The notes below the pieces were generated by a model, which was given only the letters and a program-made list of their open reading frames with translations, was not told the origin of the DNA and searched no databases. This document shows, piece by piece, positions 25,831 through 32,414 of a DNA stretch of 32,414 nucleotides. The DNA is from an uncultured Actinomycetota bacterium (GTDB taxonomy: Bacteria > Actinomycetota > Humimicrobiia > Humimicrobiales > Humimicrobiaceae): assembly GCA_964518375.1 (NCBI GenBank), contig CAZFFH010000006.1, forward strand, positions 1 through 32,414, written 5' to 3'. Numbering within the stretch: the first letter of the stretch is position 1; the number at the start of each line of letters is the position of its first letter. Position numbers and translations under genes: made by a program.

Positions 25831-26883
25831 TTAAGGCTTTACTACCACCTTCAGGTGATTTCCATCTGCTATCTCCTGCATATATTCTGGTATTTCATCC
25901 AGACTGCATGTCCCGGTAATGAATTTTTTACCGTCTATTCTTTTTCCGCCCATAAATTCGATACAAATTCTAATCTGCTCTGTAGTGGCTCCGGAAGAGC
26001 CATGAACGAATATCTCCTTGTAATGAATAAGATTGCTATCAAGGCAGGCTATGTAATCATTTTTTGGAAGTCCGCCAAAAAAGCAGATCCTTCCCTGGTT
26101 TGCAACAAGCTGAACCGACTCCTCCTGCGAAGACTTGGAAGGTGCAGCTATCATAATTACATCCGGTCCGATACTATCAGTTATTTTCATAAGAAATTCT
26201 TTAAGGTCTGCTTCTTCAGGATTTATATAATAGTCTGCAATATCAGCCTTCTTTGCCATTTCCAGCCTGCTATGGCTTAATTCTGAAAGAACTACTTTTG
26301 TCGCACCAAGTATCCTGGAAAGACCGGCGTGCATCATACCTACAGGTCCTGCGCCAATGACCAGTACGGTATCGCCAGCCCCCACTCTAGCAAGCAGCAG
26401 ACCGTTTAGTGCGCATGCCATAGGTTCTGCAATAGCAGCCTCTTCAAATGACATGCTCTCGGGAATAGGTATTAAATTTCCTCTCAATATTGCTTTACCG
26501 GGAATAGCCATATATTCTGCAAAACCTCCTGGATAATAATATCCGAAAGACTCAATAGTCTTTTTAAATGTAGAGCAAAGATTGGTTATTCCACGCCTGC
26601 AATAGTAACACCATCCGCATGAAACTATAGGATCTATTGCGACCCTGTCTCCCACCTTGAATTCTTCCACATTTTTTCCGGTTTTTGCTACAGTACCTGC
26701 ACTTTCGTGTCCAATGATCTGAGGAGGATGCACGGCATGGTGCCCACTTTTATATATCCTCAAATCAGTACCACATATTGCGCTAGCTTCCACCTTGATC
26801 AGTATATCGTCATCACCAATTAGCGGCATTGGTTTTTCCTCGACCCTAATATCTCCAGGGCCATAATATACTGCTGCCTTCAT
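25831..26883 (-). CDS. Zinc-dependent polyol dehydrogenase (sorbitol/L-iditol dehydrogenase-like MDR)
   Basis: CGTDLRIY, GHESAGTV, structural zinc block CGWCYYCRRGITNLC, and Rossmann motif VIGAGPVG. It overlaps the upstream gene by 1 nt (TAATG). Confidence 0.85.
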   Translation of the reverse strand: MKAAVYYGPGDIRVEEKPMPLIGDDDILIKVEASAICGTDLRIYKSGHHAVHPPQIIGHESAGTVAKTGKNVEEFKVGDRVAIDPIVSCGWCYYCRRGITNLCSTFKKTIESFGYYYPGGFAEYMAIPGKAILRGNLIPIPESMSFEEAAIAEPMACALNGLLLARVGAGDTVLVIGAGPVGMMHAGLSRILGATKVVLSELSHSRLEMAKKADIADYYINPEEADLKEFLMKITDSIGPDVIMIAAPSKSSQEESVQLVANQGRICFFGGLPKNDYIACLDSNLIHYKEIFVHGSSGATTEQIRICIEFMGGKRIDGKKFITGTCSLDEIPEYMQEIADGNHLKVVVKP

Positions 26884-28073
26884 TATTTTTCCTTTCTTAA
26901 ATTTTTAAATTCATAAAAATACTCGATTACTTTTTTACCTGTTTTGCTATCAGGATCTATTTTTGAAATATCTTTTATCACTTTCTCTATTCCAGAGTCA
27001 GCAATCATTTTCTGTAAGTTTATTGCAATACTGTCTGAAGAATTGTCAAAATTATAGGCTGCTGCACATATCTTTAATATGTTTTCGGGAAATATTCCAT
27101 AGTCAAGGCAAAGGTTTATGCTGCCTATTATTCTGTCATCTGATCCGAGTTTTCTTATCGGGTCTCGTGCTACTCTCAGGACAGTATCCTGGAGCATTGG
27201 ATTTCCAAACCTTGTGATTACATCTATTCTTATCTCCTTTTGCTGCTTCATGTTTATATCTTCAGGGTATTTTTTTGAAAGAGCTTCACTGGTCTCATCA
27301 AGAGCGCCATTAAAAATAGACTCTATAAAAGGGTCTGCGAACGGTTCGTGAACAAATGTATAACCCTTTAAAAAACCAAGATATCCTAATGCAGCATGTC
27401 CGAGATTATATGTATAAAGTTTTCTTTCAAACTCAGCATTGAAATTATTTACAGTATGCATACCCTCAATTTCAAGCGCCTCTGATTTTATCGCTGACCC
27501 GTCATAAGGCAATTTGTGATATGCGTCTGCGACCACAAACAGCGGATCTTTAATACCAAATTGTGAGCTTGAAGGTGGGACCATCCTGGCAACGATCGTG
27601 CCTACAAAACCAATAGTTTTATCTGCCCATTGTCTGACAGGCTGGTTAAGGTATCTGTAAACATAATCTTTTAAAATTGTAGGGGCTTCAAGAGTATTTT
27701 CACAAAGATAAATATCAACCGGAACAGGATTTTCCTTTATCCTTTTTTTCAAACCTTCTGCAATGACCCGTGAAATCGGCTCAAGTATTTTTATTCCTAC
27801 TGCTGTGCATATTACATTAGAGAAAGTTATTTCTGAAGCTATTTTATCTGTATCGTTAGAATGTAAACAATCAATATTATCTATGATCATATCTACTTGC
27901 CTTTTTTTATAAGCATCAAGCAATTTAAGCGGATACTTCTTTTTTTCTTTTAAAAGCTCTGCAATATCCTTTCTTGCTTCTATAAAAACAGTTTTGAAAC
28001 CTGCTTCCCAAAAAAGCTGTCCCATGAACCCCCTGCCGATGTTACCTGCACCAAATTGAACCGATTTTTTCAA
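26883..28073 (-). CDS. Mannitol-1-phosphate 5-dehydrogenase family (long-chain polyol/polyol-phosphate dehydrogenase)
   Basis: N-terminal KKSVQFGAGNIGRGF is the MtlD-type dinucleotide fold. The ORF track begins at a GTG at 28091, but that codon lies inside the SD GAGGAGG. I place the start at the TTG at 28071-28073, 9 nt after the SD. Confidence 0.75.
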   Translation of the reverse strand: MKKSVQFGAGNIGRGFMGQLFWEAGFKTVFIEARKDIAELLKEKKKYPLKLLDAYKKRQVDMIIDNIDCLHSNDTDKIASEITFSNVICTAVGIKILEPISRVIAEGLKKRIKENPVPVDIYLCENTLEAPTILKDYVYRYLNQPVRQWADKTIGFVGTIVARMVPPSSSQFGIKDPLFVVADAYHKLPYDGSAIKSEALEIEGMHTVNNFNAEFERKLYTYNLGHAALGYLGFLKGYTFVHEPFADPFIESIFNGALDETSEALSKKYPEDINMKQQKEIRIDVITRFGNPMLQDTVLRVARDPIRKLGSDDRIIGSINLCLDYGIFPENILKICAAAYNFDNSSDSIAINLQKMIADSGIEKVIKDISKIDPDSKTGKKVIEYFYEFKNLRKEK

Positions 28074-28217
28074 AAAAATCACCCTCCTCACCCTGAAATG
28101 CTTTTACGCTGAGAGACTTCTTAAAAACATTAACGGGTTGCTTAACAGTACCATTATTGCTAGATTTTAGTTCATTGTTCTCGGACATTTTTACCTTCTC
28201 CAATATATTAATATATT

Positions 28218-28628
28218 TTATTTATGTATTTTTTGACATCCACCCGGTTTGTCTATATTTTTATATTCTAATCTGCCTATTTGTGGCTTGGATTCAGCTT
28301 CTGCACCCTTGGGTACTACACAGATAAAGCCAAAAGGCTCTGTACCTGTATTTACCCATTGATGCTCTTCGTCTCCAGGGACGAATACTGCCATATTTGG
28401 CTTTAAGTATCTTTCATAGCCCTTACCCTTTATTTTGCCCTCACCTATAACCGTAAAGACTTCATGTTCGTGTACATGACTACCATAACTGCTTTTCCCT
28501 CCAACAGGGATTTCTATATATCTTAATTCGAAATTTTTTGCGCCCATTTCAGACGTGATCATCCAGTAGATTGAATTTCCTGAACCTGTTTTGCCCATGA
28601 TATTATTATTTATTTCTTTTATTTCCAT
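28218..28628 (-). CDS. Small cupin-domain protein (metal-dependent, possible sugar isomerase)
   Basis: 136-aa ORF with the cupin metal motif GSHVHEHEVF ... PGDEEHQWVN. SD AAGAGG upstream. Confidence 0.7.
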   Translation of the reverse strand: MEIKEINNNIMGKTGSGNSIYWMITSEMGAKNFELRYIEIPVGGKSSYGSHVHEHEVFTVIGEGKIKGKGYERYLKPNMAVFVPGDEEHQWVNTGTEPFGFICVVPKGAEAESKPQIGRLEYKNIDKPGGCQKIHK

Positions 28629-28908
28629 TGAAACCTCTTATTATTAAATTTATTAAAAAAATTAAACTTAAACGATACAAACCTTGATCTGATAAATATG
28701 ATTATGATTTCATTAAAAGTTCCAGAACATAAAGTTCAAGTTCTTCGTAGTCTCTTTTCTCAACACATTTTTTCTGGAAATTATAATCAAATTTTCTTAC
28801 TACAAACTCAGCTACAAGCCCGATCTCGTCAAGCTGTTTTTTGACCATTCCAGCTTCTTTTTCAATAAAAATTAATTATTTAAACCTGGTTAATTAAATC
28901 ATCAAGTA

Positions 28909-29823
28909 TCATAAGATAAGTCTTGCCGTATTTTCATCGATTACTATAGTATTGATTATGCCTGAAAAAAGTGCGCCTTTTATCACATCCTTTTTATAAT
29001 CACCTCCCGCTATTGCTATAAGCTGCTTAAACTTTCTTAAATGCTTTATACTTATACTTACAATCCTGTCTTCAAGTTTTGAATCAATAAAATTGCCTTC
29101 TACGTCAAAGCAATGTCCAAGTACGTCTCCGACGGCACCTTTATGTTTTACCTGTTTTATGATTTCCATGTTTACAAGGTTTAATCCGACTACAGTACTT
29201 CTTTCTATTGCTCCTATACCAAATATGGCCATATCTGCTTTTTTAAGCTCGCTTCCTATCTGGCTGGAAGAAATGATCGAGTCTCTAATTTCTTTGTTTT
29301 CTGCAAGTGCATAAGATGTAAGAAAAGTTCCTTTTGCATTTAATTTCTTGCTTATCTCCTGAACTATTGTAAAGGGATTGAAATTAGTCATATCTTCCAT
29401 ACCACCCATAAGCTGTATTACATGAGTATTTTTTGTGTTCATTGGAGTCAGGCAATCGACCATTGAACCTAGCGTATTTCCAATGCCTACACCAATGACT
29501 TTACTGTTTAAATCCATTACACCCATATAAAAAGACCATGCTTTTCCTAATTCTTTAGGAATCTGGTTTTCTGACTTGACTTTAATAACATAAGCTTTGT
29601 CAAGTTTATAAACATTTTCCAGTGATGAAGCGATATCACGGTTTATCGCAAATGGCAGTATTATTTTGGTACTTACAAGCTTCATCTCTTTTGCTTTTTG
29701 CAGCATTCGAGATATGGTCATTTTTGAAAGTCTCATAATCTCGCCTATTTCTTTCTGTGAGATGTCTTTATCGTAATATAGTATCGCCACCTGTGTTATT
29801 TGGTTGTTAAGCCAGTCATTCAT
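28909..29823 (-). CDS. SorC/DeoR(Bsu)/CggR-family sugar-binding transcriptional regulator
   Basis: 304 aa, with N-terminal HTH ISQKEIGEIMRLSKMTISRMLQKAKE followed by a SorC-type sugar-phosphate-binding domain (GIGNTL..., GGD...). Confidence 0.8.
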   Translation of the reverse strand: MNDWLNNQITQVAILYYDKDISQKEIGEIMRLSKMTISRMLQKAKEMKLVSTKIILPFAINRDIASSLENVYKLDKAYVIKVKSENQIPKELGKAWSFYMGVMDLNSKVIGVGIGNTLGSMVDCLTPMNTKNTHVIQLMGGMEDMTNFNPFTIVQEISKKLNAKGTFLTSYALAENKEIRDSIISSSQIGSELKKADMAIFGIGAIERSTVVGLNLVNMEIIKQVKHKGAVGDVLGHCFDVEGNFIDSKLEDRIVSISIKHLRKFKQLIAIAGGDYKKDVIKGALFSGIINTIVIDENTARLIL

Positions 29824-29873
29824 GTTTTTTAAGTCCTATAATTGATATATAAAGTAATTTTAAATTCAAACAT

Positions 29874-31127
29874 TTAACTTTCCCTAAAACCAAATTTTTC
29901 CAAATGTGTTTTCATGAATGTGAAATTATTGAAATCCTTTAAAGTATACCCCAGGGCTTTTTTTACATTCAGAATATGAGGTGGACAGCCTGCTATATAA
30001 ATACCACTGTCTGTTCTTATTTTTCTTGTACAATTTCCTAAAAATACAGCTTTTCCTGTTAAGTGATATAACTCTTTAGCTTTATTTTCAGGTCCAATTA
30101 TAAAAACTCTATTTTTTAATTTTTCTAATTTTTCACTTTTTACTGCATCAGTAATAAGAGAAGTTATAAGAGCTTTGCATCCACTACAGGCACCTTTCTC
30201 AACTATCTTGATTCCAAAATCCCTAAATTCTCTCGATTTTAATATGTCTTCCAGCTTGATTCTTTTAAATTTCTTCTGGACTTCTTTTATAGAATTTCCC
30301 AATACTTCTATTTTAGAAATATAAGCATTGCCAAGTTCTTGCTCAGCTGCAAGTTTAATATATTTGGTATCAAAAGGATTTATTCCCATTACCATTGAAC
30401 CAATAGTATCTGCTGCAACTGTATCATTCGATGCTATAATGATACCCATATTTGCAGGTGTTCCATATACAGGTCCCAAGCCTTCCATTCCAATAGTACC
30501 ATCTATTATCGTTAGTCTTGGTAGGACAAGCTTATTTAAATCTACAATACATTGGGCTAAATCAAGAGAATGGAACCTTTGCTTATCATTTTCATGAATT
30601 ACTCCTTTCATGTTTTTAAGACCCAGAGATACTGGAAATATATCATGCGTTTTTAATACAGGTATATTTATAACAGCATCTGCATTAGCCACAATTTCTG
30701 GAATTTTTAAGATTCTAAATACCTTTCCATTTGTTATACTCATGGGAACAAACTTGTCTTTTTTTAAATCAACAATTAAAACATTTTTCCTCTCAGCAAT
30801 TTTATCCAAACCTGTTGCCTCAAAACATTTTAGAGTTTTTTCTCCAACTACAGCTCCTTCACCTATAATTATTTTCTTAATTCCAAAATCCTGTAATATG
30901 TCAATTACTGCCTCAACTACTATAGGATTTGTGACTCCACCATCCCGGTAATTCATAGGCATCAATAAGTTTGGTTTAATAAGAACTCTATCAGATCTTC
31001 TAAATGCTTCCTCTAAACCACCTATTAAATCAACAGCTTCCCAAATTGCTTCTCTGACTTCTACTATATTATCTATGCTTCTGAGTTTTTTTATAGATAC
31101 TAATGATTTATTCATTACACCTCTCAT
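29874..31127 (-). CDS. DUF362-domain protein with a C-terminal Cys-rich extension
   Basis: 417-aa ORF. The blocks VLIKPNL, NIPVLKTHD, GLKNMKG and IIDGTIGMEGLGP match my recollection of DUF362. The tail carries CSGC ... GNC ... AGCPP. The true start may be the second ATG at 31113-31115 (MNKSL...), which follows AGAGGTG. Confidence 0.6.
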   Translation of the reverse strand: MRGVMNKSLVSIKKLRSIDNIVEVREAIWEAVDLIGGLEEAFRRSDRVLIKPNLLMPMNYRDGGVTNPIVVEAVIDILQDFGIKKIIIGEGAVVGEKTLKCFEATGLDKIAERKNVLIVDLKKDKFVPMSITNGKVFRILKIPEIVANADAVINIPVLKTHDIFPVSLGLKNMKGVIHENDKQRFHSLDLAQCIVDLNKLVLPRLTIIDGTIGMEGLGPVYGTPANMGIIIASNDTVAADTIGSMVMGINPFDTKYIKLAAEQELGNAYISKIEVLGNSIKEVQKKFKRIKLEDILKSREFRDFGIKIVEKGACSGCKALITSLITDAVKSEKLEKLKNRVFIIGPENKAKELYHLTGKAVFLGNCTRKIRTDSGIYIAGCPPHILNVKKALGYTLKDFNNFTFMKTHLEKFGFRES

Positions 31128-31288
31128 ACGAAAATAAATAAAATAAAGGTTGCTTCAACTTTTTAACGATTTTAACTTTAGAAAAATATTTATTATACAT
31201 AAAAAATACTTTTAGGATAAAATCATATCAAAACAAGATTTAAGTAATAATTTGTTATTAATAACTAATGTTTATAATATCATATTTT

Positions 31289-31316
31289 ATTATATATCGC
31301 ATGTTACCATTGTCAA
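31289..31316 (-). promoter_or_regulatory. Consensus sigma-70 promoter TTGACA-N16-TATAAT at the head of the island
   Basis: The minus strand reads TTGACAatggtaacatgcgataTATAAT, with the -35 at 31311-31316 and the -10 at 31289-31294. The predicted leader to the DUF362 gene is about 155 nt. Confidence 0.65.
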
Positions 31317-31320
31317 GAAG

Positions 31321-31340
31321 TTCTTTTGATTCTTTTGATT
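31321..31340. repeat. Tandem 9-bp direct repeat TTCTTTTGA x2, 4 nt upstream of the -35 box
   Basis: The plus strand reads TTCTTTTGATTCTTTTGATT (minus strand ATCAAAAGAATCAAAAGAA). It sits at about -40 to -60 relative to the predicted start. Confidence 0.6.
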
Positions 31341-31522
31341 TATCATTAAAAAGTTAAAACATTGATGTAATTTAAAAAATGAAATGAATTTAGCCTATTT
31401 TATTCACAAATGAGTACAACTTGAGCACGATTATACTATCCAAATCTAAATGTAGTGACCTAATTAATAATATATATAAAATATATATTGACACTAAGTT
31501 TGTTTAATAATAAAACAGTTTT

Positions 31523-32072
31523 ATGTTTATCAGGGAGTATAAAACTATAAATAAAAAGACAGCTGCAGTCTATATAAAGCATCGGCTGGTTGAGCCCTAC
31601 AGAAGCCAAACCGGACCCAGACAGAGAATAGTAATGAATCTTGGAAGACTTGATATTTCCAAATCAGACTGGAGAAGGCTTGCCTTTGCTCTTGAGGAAA
31701 AGCTATCCGGTCAGGAAAGCTTACTGGAGGATGAAAAATTGCTGCTGCAGCAGCTTCTGCTATGAGAAACTACCAGTTTTACAAAGTAAGAGCCAAAAAA
31801 GAACAAATAAAGGGTAAACTGCTAACCATAGACCTGGAAAAAGTGGCAACCACTTCTTGTAGAACCCTGGGGCCTGAGATTGTAGGAAATGACGCGTGGG
31901 AGGCACTTTCATATGACGCCATACACATATGAGAACTACAGTTATTATGACTGATAAAGATGGCGGCATTCATCATATCAGGGTTTCATCGGCTCCGGAG
32001 GAAATACACCGTAAAATATATAATCTGCTTGAGATAAAGGATCCTCTAAAAAAAATACACCTTAAACTTTAA
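31523..32072 (+). pseudogene. IS1634-family (IS4-related) transposase remnant, frameshifted and internally deleted
   Basis: Frame 1 (31523-31765) reads MFIREYKTINKKTAAVYIKHRLVEPYRSQTGPRQRIVMNLGRLD..., an N-terminus typical of IS1634-type transposases as I recall them. After a frameshift, 31762-31932 reads ...IDLEKVATTSCRTLGPEIVGNDAWEALSYD.... Then 31935-32072 encodes a C-terminal-like tail, DKDGGIHHIRVSSAPEEIHRKIYNLLEIKDPL. The total is about 0.55 kb, so the catalytic DDE core is missing. Confidence 0.6.
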
Positions 32073-32414
32073 AGGTTGTAGTGACCAAAAAAAGGCTAAA
32101 ATTGTTTGTTTTAATCGGGAATTATGAATATAAATCGAAGGTTAGATAGCTATAATTTAGATACAAAAAGAGATGTTTTAAATATGGCACAGGTTCATAA
32201 AAAAATTAGCGATTCCCATGTAAAGGAAATGATTATAAGATGTCTGGCAAAAGAAATTAAAAATCCCAAAAAATTATCATTATTTAATTACTGTAATTGG
32301 ATCTAAAAAATAATAAATAAAAAAATTAAAAATCATTTATATGTCATATAAAAAAATGGGTTCTAAATAAAAGATTATTTAAAGTTCATGACTTCGGTTG
32401 CAGCGTCTATATCA

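Noticed and set aside
28702-28848. 48-codon minus-strand ORF (MVKKQLDEIGLVAEFVVRKFDYNFQKKCVEKRDYEELELYVLELLMKS) in the gap between the SorC and cupin genes
   Set aside because: It has only a weak purine stretch instead of an SD and no recognisable family. The frame is open further upstream without a start codon. It could be a gene remnant or chance, and the evidence is too thin to call.
31128-31522. The AT-rich 395-bp spacer, examined for CRISPR repeats, tRNA or small RNA genes
   Set aside because: It contains no repeated units with spacers, no cloverleaf-compatible GC stems and no conserved riboswitch motif that I can recognise. The promoter and the 9-mer repeat account for the visible structure.
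31451-32086. The TGTAGTGACC 10-mers flanking the IS remnant, read as a target-site duplication of a MITE-like element
   Set aside because: The sequences just inside the two copies (31461 onward, and up to 32076) show no inverted-repeat relationship, so a simple TSD interpretation is not supported. I keep them only as an observation within the IS finding.
32124-32306. 60-aa plus-strand ORF MNINRRLDSYNLD...
   Set aside because: It has no convincing SD, a Lys/Asn-rich composition expected from AT-rich non-coding DNA, and no motif. It was not called.
32375-32414. Possible 3' end of a minus-strand gene entering from the right edge (...DIDAATEVMNFK, then stop)
   Set aside because: Only 13 codons are visible, so it is impossible to distinguish from chance.

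Overview
AT-rich (about one-third G+C by eye) bacterial chromosomal segment. From about 31.3 kb down to the left edge, 26 protein-coding genes all lie on the minus strand. They are tightly packed, with several 1-8 nt overlaps, and form a carbohydrate/polyol utilisation island with three regulators (two LacI, one SorC). I can see no rRNA, tRNA or CRISPR array, and no defence, toxin or secretion genes. Reading in the direction of transcription (right to left), there are six blocks. (1) A consensus sigma-70 promoter, a DUF362 protein with a Cys-rich tail, and a SorC regulator. (2) A cupin, an MtlD-family dehydrogenase, a Zn-ADH, an FGGY kinase, a fused 2-oxoacid-dehydrogenase E1 alpha-beta protein, and an unknown 305-aa protein. 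(3) A LacI regulator, then a promoter/operator followed by a CitE-type acyl-CoA lyase, a SucD-type CoA-acylating aldehyde dehydrogenase and an oversized creatininase-family hydrolase. (4) A promoter with a palindrome, a split transketolase (N and C subunits), a Zn-ADH and a TIM-barrel isomerase/epimerase. (5) A consensus promoter with an operator, a CUT2-type sugar ABC transporter (ATPase, two permeases, lipoprotein binding protein) and a strong terminator. (6) A promoter, an FucI/AraA-family isomerase, a LacI regulator, a URO-D-family protein, a PMI-like cupin, a TIM-barrel isomerase and an AraB-like ribulokinase that is cut by the window edge. The right end carries a decayed IS1634-family transposase remnant on the plus strand. 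The most unusual content is metabolic: the CitE / CoA-acylating ALDH / creatininase-family trio, an E1 alpha-beta fusion with no E2 or E3 partner, and a set resembling the Thermotoga IolM/IolN/IolO enzymes interleaved with a split transketolase. All functional calls rest on motif recognition by eye. No database search was possible.
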